Source of the DNA: Deferribacterales bacterium UBA4806
GTDB taxonomy: Bacteria; Chrysiogenota; Deferribacteres; Deferribacterales; UBA228
Direction: 5' to 3'
Assembly (NCBI GenBank): GCA_002402635.1
Contig: DHGE01000021.1
Location: 1 to 56,609 of the forward strand
Length of the DNA stretch: 56,609 bases
The notes under the pieces were generated by a model. It searched no databases and was not told the origin of the DNA. It saw only the letters and a list, made by a program, of their open reading frames with translations. Positions within the stretch are counted from its first letter, which is position 1, and the number at the start of each line of letters is the position of its first letter. Below are positions 39,116-49,307 of this stretch, in pieces. A program made the position numbers and the translations under genes.

Positions 39116-39667
39116 TCACATCTCATAAGAATCGACATGCTTTATATTTATATTTATATTCAACTGCTTTGAAATATCATATAAATCTTTTTCCCAATTA
39201 CTATCAATACTAACTGGGAGTAATATTTCTAAAATCATCATGTATACAGGGTTAGTTTCATCACCAATAACTTTAGTCTGTAAATCTACTATGTTTATAT
39301 TCTTATAGGCCAAAACTTTTGTAATATTATAGACTATTCCCGGCTTATCAGATCCATAGACGGAAATGATATATCTTTGGTTGGAGCTATCTGCTTTTTC
39401 ATGTTTCACACTATTAAGCTTTCTTACACTGAGCGATAATTTTAAACTTTCCACCAAAGGAGCAAAAGCTTTCTTAATTTGTAGAGAACTCATTGTTTCT
39501 TCCAAACTTACAATTAATATCATTGAAAATATTCCTTCTAAAAGAGTAGAAGAAGAATCTTCTATATTAAAATTATTATCTAACAAAATCCGTGAAACTT
39601 TCATCACAATTCCAGGTTGATCCTCACAGATAAATGCTAAAGCATAATAGTTTTTTTTTGACTTCAT
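39116..39667 (-). CDS. Tandem ACT domain protein (GcvR-like)
   Basis: Two ACT repeats: EDQPGIV...NIEDS and SDKPGIV...NIVDL. Confidence 0.88.
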   Translation of the reverse strand: MKSKKNYYALAFICEDQPGIVMKVSRILLDNNFNIEDSSSTLLEGIFSMILIVSLEETMSSLQIKKAFAPLVESLKLSLSVRKLNSVKHEKADSSNQRYIISVYGSDKPGIVYNITKVLAYKNINIVDLQTKVIGDETNPVYMMILEILLPVSIDSNWEKDLYDISKQLNININIKHVDSYEM

Positions 39668-39693
39668 CTATGTCCTCTGACTGTTTTTAAAGG

Positions 39694-40200
39694 TTAGGAA
39701 TCATATCTAAAAATAACTTCTACTTCACATATATACATTCTATGATAATCTCTTTTAGGATAAAAAGTTTCAATATTTGCATCTAAAAAATTTTCAGGCT
39801 TTAAGTCTTGGTAATATATTTTTTTACAACCCATCATTAGATAGGCTTCTTCATAAAATATAAAATGATCTTTCAAAAAAGGTTTTAATCCAGTTGATTT
39901 AATTTTATCAACATTAAATCCCGATTTAGTTCCACAAAATTCCAAAATATTTCTATATTTATTATCTAGAAAAGAAACACTGCAGGTATCATTTTGTTCC
40001 ATTAACTGGTAGGTAAATCTATTTGGGCGTATAAATAAAAATACAACTACTTTGTTCCACAAATGTCCTATACCACCCCAACTAGCAGTCATTGGGTTAA
40101 ACCGTCGTGAATTTCCTACAGTAATAAGCATCCACTCTTTAGCCATTAAAGTGAAAATATTCTCATCTAAAGTTTCTATATTAATTTCCTGAAGATTCAA
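39694..40200 (-). CDS. Flavin reductase-like (flavoredoxin) family protein
   Basis: WMLIT, NPMTASWGG, IRPNRFT, CGTKSG..VDK, YHRMYI. Probable TTG start at 40200, just after the elbB stop. Confidence 0.85.
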   Translation of the reverse strand: MNLQEINIETLDENIFTLMAKEWMLITVGNSRRFNPMTASWGGIGHLWNKVVVFLFIRPNRFTYQLMEQNDTCSVSFLDNKYRNILEFCGTKSGFNVDKIKSTGLKPFLKDHFIFYEEAYLMMGCKKIYYQDLKPENFLDANIETFYPKRDYHRMYICEVEVIFRYDS

Positions 40201-40201
40201 A

Positions 40202-40864
40202 TTATAACAACCCCATGAATTCTTTAACAGCCTTGGAAATTCCGTCAGCAACTTCCAGAACACCTTGTCCCAACATGTATGCTGGGGTAGAAACTATTTT
40301 ATTCTCTTTATCACATATAGCCTCTGAAACAGATGAATTAATATGTATTGCACCCATCGTTTCAATAGCTTCAGCAATATTCTTATCATTCCCAATAGTC
40401 AATTTAACGTGTTTCCCTGAATTTTCTAGTGATTTTGCAACTAAAACAGGGGCGATACATATCGCACCCAATGGTTTAACTGCCAAAACAGTATTTAATA
40501 TTAACTTTTTTACACTTTCATTAATTTTACAATTAGGACCATCCAGTGCAAATGTACATAAATTTTTGACGACTCCAAATCCTCCTGGTATAAACAATCC
40601 ATCCAAATTAGAAATTTCTATTTCTTCTAATTTTTTAATTTTACCTCTAGCAATACGAGCAGATTCAATTAATACATTCCTAGAGTCACTTTCAGCAACT
40701 TGCTCATTTAAATGGTTCACTACATGTAATTGTTCATTATCTGGAGCTAAAAATATAACTTCAGCTCCATTTTTTTCCAAAAAATAGACGGACAATACTG
40801 CTTCGTTAATTTCACTACCATCAAAAACACCACAACCACTTAACATAACACCTATCTTAGGCAT
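40202..40864 (-). CDS. elbB: ElbB/ES1 (DJ-1/PfpI family) glyoxalase
   Basis: LSGCGVFDGSEI, ESARIARG, PGGFG..KNL, ICIAP, STPAYM; SD AGGAG favours ATG 40864. Confidence 0.93.
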   Translation of the reverse strand: MPKIGVMLSGCGVFDGSEINEAVLSVYFLEKNGAEVIFLAPDNEQLHVVNHLNEQVAESDSRNVLIESARIARGKIKKLEEIEISNLDGLFIPGGFGVVKNLCTFALDGPNCKINESVKKLILNTVLAVKPLGAICIAPVLVAKSLENSGKHVKLTIGNDKNIAEAIETMGAIHINSSVSEAICDKENKIVSTPAYMLGQGVLEVADGISKAVKEFMGLL

Positions 40865-40873
40865 AAACATCTC

Positions 40874-42232
40874 CTATGAAAATATTTTATCTGCAATATT
40901 AAAGCTCTGATGAGTACAATCATTGACACCAATACCATACAATGTATTGCCTCCAATATATAATCCAACACTTTTATTTAATATATTCTCTATCTCTTCC
41001 ACTTTTTCGCTGTGCCCAATATAATATTGAGGGATAGCTTTTTCATACATAAAAAATTCTGTTATATAGGGGTCCCCTGAGAATTTTAGTATATCCATAG
41101 CTTCATCATAAGCTATTTTTATCAGCTCTTCTCTACTTTTATTTACTATCCAGCGTCCCATATCACCTCCCATTATAATCCTTATCAATTTATATCCTTT
41201 GGGAGCTCTTTCTGGAAAGATGGAAGAAGAAAAGAGTATTCCTAAGATTTTCTTATTTTCTTTTGGAGGAATTAAAAATCCAAATCCATTTAGATTATCA
41301 ACTAAATCAGCATCCTTAAAACCTAAACCAACTACACATGCCGGGGCATAAGGAATATCAAAAAATAATTCTGAAAGCCTTTTATTAAGATTTTCCACGA
41401 TACTAGCAATATCATATGCTGGCACAGCTAGTACGACCTTATCAAAAACATATTGGCATTTGTTTGAATGAATAATGAAATTATGATCTCCTTTATTAAT
41501 TGACAATATTTTTTCATCCATTAGAAAATTAACATCATCACATTTATTTTTTAATGCAATAATGCCATTAAACAATCCTCCCTTACAAGACATTAAAATT
41601 CCCTTGGGGCCAGCAGGCCCACTTTTTTTATTTTTCTTCTTAATCAGCCCTTTAAATAAACCGCCATATTTTTTTTCCAATTCATAGATAACAGGAAAAC
41701 ATGATTTCAAACTAAGCTTAGAGATATCTCCTGCAAAAATTCCTGAAACCATTGGAGCAATCATGTAGTCTTTTGCTTCGGCACCTAACCTTCTTTTAGC
41801 AAAATTTGCAATTGTTTCATCCCCATTATCTCGTTTTGCTGGTATAAAAAATTCACCTAATATACGTAGTTTACCCTTAAAACTTATTAAACCACTTTTA
41901 AAAAATTCAACACCGCCTTCAGGAACTTTTTCTAGCAATCCATTTCTGTAAATATATCTAATTCTAGCTGCGTCATTACTCCTAATTATCAAATCTTGCA
42001 GTCCTGCTATATTAAACAAATCTAATGTAAAGGGTTTACTGTTTAAAAATCCATTGGGACCTGCTTCAATTTGAAAATTTTTCTCTGTTTTTGTGAATAT
42101 CGTTCCACCTAATCTATTTTCCTTTTCAAAAAGTGTTATTGCCACCGGAAGACCTAATTTTTTAGCTTTGTTCTTCACCAATAGAGCTGCAGAAAGTCCA
42201 GATATGCCACCTCCAACAATACAAATTTTCAT
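40874..42232 (-). CDS. hemY: HemY-type protoporphyrinogen/coproporphyrinogen oxidase
   Basis: GGGISGL, E..NRLGG, EAGPNGF, SGIFAGD, GFGFLIP, AIPQY..GH; SD favours ATG 42232. Confidence 0.92.
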   Translation of the reverse strand: MKICIVGGGISGLSAALLVKNKAKKLGLPVAITLFEKENRLGGTIFTKTEKNFQIEAGPNGFLNSKPFTLDLFNIAGLQDLIIRSNDAARIRYIYRNGLLEKVPEGGVEFFKSGLISFKGKLRILGEFFIPAKRDNGDETIANFAKRRLGAEAKDYMIAPMVSGIFAGDISKLSLKSCFPVIYELEKKYGGLFKGLIKKKNKKSGPAGPKGILMSCKGGLFNGIIALKNKCDDVNFLMDEKILSINKGDHNFIIHSNKCQYVFDKVVLAVPAYDIASIVENLNKRLSELFFDIPYAPACVVGLGFKDADLVDNLNGFGFLIPPKENKKILGILFSSSIFPERAPKGYKLIRIIMGGDMGRWIVNKSREELIKIAYDEAMDILKFSGDPYITEFFMYEKAIPQYYIGHSEKVEEIENILNKSVGLYIGGNTLYGIGVNDCTHQSFNIADKIFS

Positions 42233-42234
42233 TC

Positions 42235-43362
42235 TCATCTCCTCAAATGACTACAACTATATTGTAAATCTGTATGATTTTCAACTGGCAGCACTATTAT
42301 TCCAACCTTGTCATAGACATTTAGAAGACTACATAATTTTTCAAATTCATAATTATCTATATATTCTTTATTTTGGAAGGCTTTTATCTGAAATTTGGAA
42401 ATCACCCTGCTGTCAGGCTCTATACTATCTATTAGATATTTTATACCACTATTAATTAAGCTTGCAGCATCAAAAAACTCCAAATTACTTTCCTCTTCAA
42501 TTTGCTTGTGATAGGCCATAAAAGTAAAATAGTCTATACCAGTATTTTTAAAAACTTCAATTGATTGAGCATACCATCTCTTTGCATTTTTTATATATAG
42601 AGGAGTTTCATAATAAACATTCAAGGCAACTTTTATTGATGGATTTAAGAATTTAACATCCCAGACAATCTTGTTTATATAATATGCTAACTGATTCACC
42701 TTCCACTCAGCAAATTTATCAACAATTTCATTATCAATGTTTCTATTATTTAAATCAATCCCTGTATCAACATAAAATTTATGAAGTGCTTCTTTAGATG
42801 CACTTTCATCATATTTTAGAATAAAGTCATCCTGAATCAAAATACCATCAATATCATATTGTAGAAGATCCTTAAATAACTGCTCTATATCAGAAAATAC
42901 CTTTTCATTAAAAAGGTTGATTCCATATCCATTCCTTTTAGTTCCATTAACAACAAAAGTCTCATCTACGCCATAAATATCTTTCAATGCAGATAAACTC
43001 CTTGTAGCCATCCAGGCATAGACTTTTAAATTATAAGAATGGGCAATTTGAATAAATTCTCCTAAAATATCATTTACAGTGCAAATCTTTTTTGTTTTAT
43101 AATAAACGCCTGAATTACAAACAGAAGCCTCACCATAATGATATCTATCTTTCTCATTATGAAAAACTCTTAACATTATTGTATTAAAACCATTCTCTTT
43201 TACCTTGCCTAAGAAAGTATGGAGTTCATCTCTATTAAAATTCAAATTAAAAATTTGTATTCCATTAATTTTATCATACTTTGGTTCAACTAATATTAAA
43301 GCATTGCCAATAGGGATAAAGACAAATATTAAACTAAGAGATAAAAAAAGCTGCCTAGTCAT
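42235..43362 (-). CDS. Exported glycoside hydrolase resembling the PgaB C-terminal (GH153/GHL13) domain, with no deacetylase domain
   Basis: Signal peptide; GFNTIML, GVYY, LKVYAWM, DGILIQDD, WYAQS, DYFTFMAY. Confidence 0.75.
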   Translation of the reverse strand: MTRQLFLSLSLIFVFIPIGNALILVEPKYDKINGIQIFNLNFNRDELHTFLGKVKENGFNTIMLRVFHNEKDRYHYGEASVCNSGVYYKTKKICTVNDILGEFIQIAHSYNLKVYAWMATRSLSALKDIYGVDETFVVNGTKRNGYGINLFNEKVFSDIEQLFKDLLQYDIDGILIQDDFILKYDESASKEALHKFYVDTGIDLNNRNIDNEIVDKFAEWKVNQLAYYINKIVWDVKFLNPSIKVALNVYYETPLYIKNAKRWYAQSIEVFKNTGIDYFTFMAYHKQIEEESNLEFFDAASLINSGIKYLIDSIEPDSRVISKFQIKAFQNKEYIDNYEFEKLCSLLNVYDKVGIIVLPVENHTDLQYSCSHLRR

Positions 43363-44867
43363 TCAGTTGTTTTTACAATTATTGGCTCAATATTGAATTG
43401 TTCTTTTAACTCTATCACTTTCTTATTTGCTTCATCTAAACTTTCAGTTGAACAACACCTTATTTTATACCATATATTATTGTTGTCAGACTTTTGAGAA
43501 ACCACAGAAACATCTTCTAGATATTTTTTATAAAACTTTGCCATATCCATAGTTTCTTTCTCATTTTTATTTGAAACTAATTGTAGGACATAACGTACTA
43601 CTGATTTTTTATCCTTGCTATCCTTTACAGTTGTTAATTCTTTCAGGTTTTCACCTAAATTTTTATGCTCTACTCTTTCCTCTTTCTGTAAGTCCACTTT
43701 TATAACTTTACTCAATATATTGAATCTATCCTTCAAATTATTCTTCATATCCTCTGCTTCTTTTTTAGTTGAAGAAACACAACATTTAACAGTAAATATT
43801 GTATCGCTGTTTTCATCAGCATCTTTTGTTATATAGGTATCTTTTAAGTAGTTGCTATAAAATTCCACTATTTCTTTGGCATCTTTCAATGATTTTTTTC
43901 GATTTAATTCAAGTACATATTTGTATTCTGGTTTTACCTCTTTGAATTCCTCATATGTCGTAGAAATTATTACTGGAGAGATATTGAATCTGTTCATTAT
44001 TTCTGTTAATCTCCTTTTTGACTCATCAATTGTTGAAGAGAAACAACACCTTACTCGATACCATCTATTATTATCCCTTTCGTCGGTTATTATATATGTA
44101 TCTAAATAATATTTTTTATAGAAATCCATTATGTCCTTTGCTTCTTTATCTGTCATGTTTGAAGATAACTGTATAATGTAATTTAACTTGCCTTCATCAT
44201 TATTTTTATTACTTTCCTTATACAACCACTCTTTAACTTTTATAACCTTTGGATTTATATTAAATCTTCTCTTAATTTCTATTTTATTACGCTCTATTCC
44301 ATTTAGATCATTTGTTGCGCAACACTGTACAATAAAAGAATTTTTTTCATCAACAGGTTTAATATGAACATTATTAAAATATTTACTATAAAAATCAGCC
44401 ACTGCATTCACATCATTGATATTTTTTCCTTCCATTAGTTGTAATAAATAGTATTCTTTTACACTTTGATCATCAATTGCTGGCTGGTCAGTCGGTATTT
44501 CTCTTGATATAATTATTTCCTCTTTTGCAGGGATCTCCTGAATTTTGAATTTATTTTCTGTTAGCTTTTCATCTTTCTCTGCTTTGACCATCTTATTTGC
44601 AGACAATTTTTTATTATTTACCACCTCATCACTTTGTTTCTTTTCGTCCTTTTTAAATAGATTTTCTGAAGAAATATCAGAACCAATTTTCATTACTTTC
44701 TTCTGCACTTTTGCATACTGTTCATTTAAAAAATTATATTGGCTTGTAAGGTTTATTATTATATATGCTACTGCACCAATAATTATCAGGCAAATAAGAA
44801 CAAATATAATTACTGGTTTAAAATTAGAACTACCTTTACCATCTTTAACTCTATCAAAATCTCTCAT
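43359..44867 (-). CDS. FtsN-like bitopic protein with four SPOR domains
   Basis: Short cytoplasmic tail, one TM, charged linker, four ~75-aa repeats (YxxQL...A......Y.KY...WYRVR...EA......K.RFNI.P); directly downstream of argS. Confidence 0.8.
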   Translation of the reverse strand: MRDFDRVKDGKGSSNFKPVIIFVLICLIIIGAVAYIIINLTSQYNFLNEQYAKVQKKVMKIGSDISSENLFKKDEKKQSDEVVNNKKLSANKMVKAEKDEKLTENKFKIQEIPAKEEIIISREIPTDQPAIDDQSVKEYYLLQLMEGKNINDVNAVADFYSKYFNNVHIKPVDEKNSFIVQCCATNDLNGIERNKIEIKRRFNINPKVIKVKEWLYKESNKNNDEGKLNYIIQLSSNMTDKEAKDIMDFYKKYYLDTYIITDERDNNRWYRVRCCFSSTIDESKRRLTEIMNRFNISPVIISTTYEEFKEVKPEYKYVLELNRKKSLKDAKEIVEFYSNYLKDTYITKDADENSDTIFTVKCCVSSTKKEAEDMKNNLKDRFNILSKVIKVDLQKEERVEHKNLGENLKELTTVKDSKDKKSVVRYVLQLVSNKNEKETMDMAKFYKKYLEDVSVVSQKSDNNNIWYKIRCCSTESLDEANKKVIELKEQFNIEPIIVKTTE

Positions 44868-44870
44868 AAT

Positions 44871-46523
44871 CTACATCCTTTCGGGTGCATCAACTCCTAG
44901 TAAGTTTAGTCCCGATTGTATAATTCTACCTATACTCTTGCACAAATTGAGCCTAGCATTAGTTAAAGCAATGTTGCCTTCATCCACTATTTTCGTATTA
45001 TTATAATAATAATGGAAATTTGAAGCAAGTTCAATTAAAAAAGTTGCCAACTTATTTGGTTCTAATAATATTGAAGCGTTTATAAGTGTTTCAAAATATG
45101 CTTGTATATTTTTAATTAGATTTAATTCCTCTTTTAAAACAAGCAATTCTAAATTTTCCAATTCTTGATAGAGAATATTTTTTTCGTGAGCATTTCTAAA
45201 AAGACTTTTTATCCTTGCATATGCATATTGTACATAATAAACAGGATTATCACTACTTTTCTCCTTTGCTAAGTCAATATTGAAATCAAAATGCGAATCA
45301 GGGGACCGTAAACAATAAAAAAAACGTGCTGCGTCTTTACCAACTTCTTTGATTAACCAACTAAGTGGTATAAATTCATTGGCCCTTGTGGACATAGAAA
45401 CTTTTTCTCCTTTCTTAATCAAATTAACCATTTGAATCAATACAATCTTAAGCTTATCACTATTATAACCCAATGCCTGTAATGCAGCTTTCATCCTCTT
45501 AACATAGCCATGATGGTCAGCACCCCACACATCTATTATAATATCAAAACCTCTTTCAAATTTATTTCTGTGATATGCAATATCTGATGCAAAATAAGTA
45601 TATTCTCCTGTTGACTTAATAAGTACCCTGTCTTTATCATCTCCAAAGGCTGTTGTTTTGAGCCAAAGCGCATCATTGTTTTTATATGCCATCCCCTTAT
45701 TTTTTAATAAATTTAAAGTTTCATCAACATAGTTATTTTCAAATATATCTGTTTCACTAAAATATTTATCAAAATATACATTAAAGCTATTTAGGTCTTG
45801 AATAATATTCTCCATTATTTGTTTTTTGCCATATTCTGCGCATCTCGAAATAGCCAACATCTCTTCAAGATTTACTAGCTCATCTTTACATTCATGAATT
45901 AGTTTTTCTGCTATTATTTTTATATACTCTCCTTTATAGCCATCTTCAGGGAAAGGGATAGATTTACCAAAATTCAACATATACCAATAATAAACGCTTT
46001 TGCCTAAATTTGTTATTTGATTGCCTCTATCATTTATATAATACTCCTTAGTTACCTTATATCCGAGTATATCTAATATTCTAGAGATACTATCTCCAAA
46101 GCTGGCACCTCTTCCATGACCTATATGTAACGGTCCTGTAGGATTAGCACTAACAAATTCTACCTGTATTTTTTTACCATCACCTAATTGTGGAATTAAT
46201 CTATTTTCATCCTGTAAAAAATCCCTTAAAAACTTTTGAAAAAAACTAGCCTTCACAAAAATATTGATAAATCCTCCTCCTTTTATTTCAACTTTATCAA
46301 TAAATTCAGAATTTACATGGTTTACTATTTCTGCAGCTATTTTATATGGTTTTTCCTTTAAAATTGAGGCAAGTTGAAAAGCTAAATTAGTCGAAAAATC
46401 CCCATAACTTGGATTTGCTTGTAGTTCAACACTAAAGACAAGCTTATCCGTATCACTTTTCGGAAAAGATAAGTTAGCACTGAGAAGTGCCTCTTTGAGC
46501 AAACTCTTAATTATATTAACCAT
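44871..46523 (-). CDS. argS: Arginine--tRNA ligase
   Basis: EFVSANPTGPLHIGHGRG, WGADHHGY, MSTR, NPVYYVQYA, APERM. Confidence 0.98.
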   Translation of the reverse strand: MVNIIKSLLKEALLSANLSFPKSDTDKLVFSVELQANPSYGDFSTNLAFQLASILKEKPYKIAAEIVNHVNSEFIDKVEIKGGGFINIFVKASFFQKFLRDFLQDENRLIPQLGDGKKIQVEFVSANPTGPLHIGHGRGASFGDSISRILDILGYKVTKEYYINDRGNQITNLGKSVYYWYMLNFGKSIPFPEDGYKGEYIKIIAEKLIHECKDELVNLEEMLAISRCAEYGKKQIMENIIQDLNSFNVYFDKYFSETDIFENNYVDETLNLLKNKGMAYKNNDALWLKTTAFGDDKDRVLIKSTGEYTYFASDIAYHRNKFERGFDIIIDVWGADHHGYVKRMKAALQALGYNSDKLKIVLIQMVNLIKKGEKVSMSTRANEFIPLSWLIKEVGKDAARFFYCLRSPDSHFDFNIDLAKEKSSDNPVYYVQYAYARIKSLFRNAHEKNILYQELENLELLVLKEELNLIKNIQAYFETLINASILLEPNKLATFLIELASNFHYYYNNTKIVDEGNIALTNARLNLCKSIGRIIQSGLNLLGVDAPERM

Positions 46524-46614
46524 TTTAGCCTCAACACAGTTTAATGAATTATTATATTATAACAATAAATATTTTTATACTATTGAAAAAAAATTTTATT
46601 TACCATATATATGT

Positions 46615-47307
46615 ATGATGGTAAAATTTTATAATATTTCAGTTATATATCCAGGTAAAAAAAGAGCACTTGATAATATAACCTTTACTATTGAAAAAGG
46701 TGAGTTTGTGTATATAACGGGCCCTAGTGGTGCTGGGAAAACAACAATACTAAAGTTAATATATTCAGAAATCCAACCGACTGAAGGTGTTATCCATATA
46801 GCTGGGAAAGATGTTAGCAGGATATCAGATAAAAGTATCCCTTATTTAAGAAGAAATGTAGGAGTTGTTTACCAGGATTTTAAATTGATTTACGATTTAA
46901 CTGTTTTTCAAAATCTTGCTTATGCACTGGAAATTTTTTATATGCCACAGAAAGAAATTAAATTATATGTTGAAGCAATATTAAAGAAACTTGAATTATA
47001 TACTAAAAGAAACATGCTCGTTAAGTTCTTGTCGGGTGGAGAAAAACAGAGAGTTGCAATAGCAAGAGCTTTGATTAATAATCCTCCAATTATATTACTA
47101 GATGAGCCTACAGGTAATTTAGACGAAAAAAGAGCTGATTCACTTATGCAATTAATGGACGAATTTTTTCAAGATAAAACAGTATTGTTTGCAACACATG
47201 ATAAAGCTTTAATTGAAAAATATCCAGCTAGGATATTAGAACTAAATAATGGAAGGTTAGTTTTTGATTCTTCTTTAAAAAATGAGAAAGTTAATATTTC
47301 TGATTAA
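46615..47307 (+). CDS. ftsE: Cell division ATP-binding protein FtsE
   Basis: GPSGAGKT, IPYLRRNVGVVYQDFKL, LSGGEKQR, DEPTGNLD; start trimmed to 46615/46618. Confidence 0.93.
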   Translation: MMVKFYNISVIYPGKKRALDNITFTIEKGEFVYITGPSGAGKTTILKLIYSEIQPTEGVIHIAGKDVSRISDKSIPYLRRNVGVVYQDFKLIYDLTVFQNLAYALEIFYMPQKEIKLYVEAILKKLELYTKRNMLVKFLSGGEKQRVAIARALINNPPIILLDEPTGNLDEKRADSLMQLMDEFFQDKTVLFATHDKALIEKYPARILELNNGRLVFDSSLKNEKVNISD

Positions 47308-48175
47308 CAAGGGCTTCGTTTTATTCAAAAGAAACATGGCCATAAATTTAATAACAATTGCAACTATAGCAACTATATTTTTTGTTTACAATATACTTTT
47401 TATTTTAGGTTTTTCTTCTAATAAATTTCTTGAAAACTTAGCTAAAATACAAACAATAAGGGCCTTTATAAATGATAATCAGAGCAGTGAAGTCAAAAAC
47501 ATAATTAAAGAAATATCACAGCTTGAAGCGGTTAAAGATGTTAAATTTTATAGTAGTGAAGATGCATTTGAATATATGAAAGAACAACTAGGGAATTCAA
47601 GAGAAATAGAAAACATCCCAAAGGAATTATTCCCATCTTTTATAGAAATAACCCTTAAAAATGAGTACACCGATGTTGACTATGTAAAGGAATTTCAGAA
47701 AAATATTGATAAGTATGGTATATTCACCACAACGTCATATGGTGAAAAATGGGTAATTAATTTTTTAACTATAAAATTTGGTATCCATCTCTTTATCTTT
47801 ATTATATCTCTCTTAATCTCAATCTCTGTTGCGTCAATAATTTACAACACAATAAAAATTAATTTGGCAAAACATAAAATGGAAATAATGGTTTATAGTC
47901 TTGTAGGAGCCACCAAACCATTTATTGTAATTCCCTATATTGTATGCACATTATTTGAAGTTTTCATTAGTTTTATAGTCGCATATTTTACAGCATTTAT
48001 AATTTTTTATCTTTTAAATTCAAAAATATTGGACACCTTATCTATCAACATATTGAGGTTTCCACCCTTCTATCTTGTAGGATCTATTCTTGCAATTGCC
48101 ATGTTTATAGCTGCTTTTTCAAGTTTGTATAGTCTAGGGGTATTCTTAAATAATGCTAAAGAATATAATGAATAA
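47282..48175 (+). CDS. ftsX: Cell division permease-like protein FtsX
   Basis: 4 TM with a large periplasmic loop, NTIKI...EI....LVGAT; lies between ftsE and envC. Confidence 0.9.
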   Translation: MRKLIFLINKGFVLFKRNMAINLITIATIATIFFVYNILFILGFSSNKFLENLAKIQTIRAFINDNQSSEVKNIIKEISQLEAVKDVKFYSSEDAFEYMKEQLGNSREIENIPKELFPSFIEITLKNEYTDVDYVKEFQKNIDKYGIFTTTSYGEKWVINFLTIKFGIHLFIFIISLLISISVASIIYNTIKINLAKHKMEIMVYSLVGATKPFIVIPYIVCTLFEVFISFIVAYFTAFIIFYLLNSKILDTLSINILRFPPFYLVGSILAIAMFIAAFSSLYSLGVFLNNAKEYNE

Positions 48176-49307
48176 AAGCTTGATATTCTTTCTTTTTATC
48201 TTTCTTATTGCATCAATTATTGAAGCAAGCAGTCAAAATAGTTCTAACAATAAAGATATTAGTAATCTTGATAAAATTAAAAAAGAGATTGAGTCGCAAG
48301 AAAAAGAATTAGAAAATATAGAAGATTCAAAAATGCGTATATCTAAAAATATTTCTATTATTGAAGACAAATTACTATATTTACGTCATGCAATAGGTCA
48401 GTTAAATCTAGAATACAAAGAATTACTTAAAGAAATTAATAGAAGTGAGAAAAAATCTCATATGTTCAAAAAAAAAGTTCAATTATTGGAAAATGAAATA
48501 AAACAGAATAACATTTACATATTAGAAAATTTTCAAATGTTAAAAGTAAAAGCTTTAATTCTAACAGATAACTATCACCAAATATTAAAAAATTTAGATA
48601 TTGCTGAATATATTAATTTAAGGATTTACAATAAAATTTTAGCCTATAAAAATATAAAAACAGATTATGAAAACACATTAAACAAATTAAATATAGCAAA
48701 GCAAAGATTAGTCAGTTTAAAAAATAAAAGAGATTTATTAGCTATTCGTTATGAAAACGAACAAATTAGATACAAACATACACTTGCTATGTTAAATGAA
48801 GACACCACAATAAAAAAAGCTTATATTGAAATGTTGAAAAAGAAAAAAGATGCTCTAGAAGAAAGTTTCAAACTTATAAGCAAACAACCTCAAAATACTA
48901 CAACCAATAGTATTGCGAAATTTAAGGGAAAACTTCCCTGGCCAATTAAAGGAGAGATTGTTAAAAATAATAATAAATCACTACAAAATAGTATTTATAA
49001 TAATGGAATTAAAATATTATCAAAAAATGATGAAAATGTTAAAGCTGTTTTCAATGGCGTAATACAGTATATAAATTGGATCAAAGGATATGGAAATATT
49101 GTCATTATAGCTCATGACAATAACTACTTTACTGTATATGCAAATCTCGATTTAATTGGTGTACAATTAAATGAATCAGTTAAATCTGGGGAGCCTATAG
49201 GTAAAATTAATGTTGAAGGAACAGTTAATAATCCATATATTTACTTTGAAATAAGGCAGAAAGATAAAGCTTTAGACCCTTTGGAATGGCTTAAAAAGGA
49301 GGCATAA
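48168..49307 (+). CDS. envC: Murein hydrolase activator EnvC
   Basis: Signal peptide, long coiled coil, KGKLPWP, degenerate M23 (NNGIKI, YANL, YFEIR). Confidence 0.88.
   Translation: MNKSLIFFLFIFLIASIIEASSQNSSNNKDISNLDKIKKEIESQEKELENIEDSKMRISKNISIIEDKLLYLRHAIGQLNLEYKELLKEINRSEKKSHMFKKKVQLLENEIKQNNIYILENFQMLKVKALILTDNYHQILKNLDIAEYINLRIYNKILAYKNIKTDYENTLNKLNIAKQRLVSLKNKRDLLAIRYENEQIRYKHTLAMLNEDTTIKKAYIEMLKKKKDALEESFKLISKQPQNTTTNSIAKFKGKLPWPIKGEIVKNNNKSLQNSIYNNGIKILSKNDENVKAVFNGVIQYINWIKGYGNIVIIAHDNNYFTVYANLDLIGVQLNESVKSGEPIGKINVEGTVNNPYIYFEIRQKDKALDPLEWLKKEA

Noticed and set aside
40215-40787. 190-aa plus-strand ORF, plus similar ones at 42093, 44545, 24847, 53879, 27065 and others
   Set aside because: Antisense or out-of-frame shadows of well-supported genes, with no motifs or SD.
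46495-46614. N-terminal extensions given by the ORF track for ftsE (also tetR, glmS, flavin reductase, envC)
   Set aside because: They overlap neighbouring genes or promoters, and homology begins at later starts. GlmS needs Cys at position 2.
48168-49307. Loss of Zn ligands in the M23 domain as a novelty
   Set aside because: This is the normal state of EnvC.
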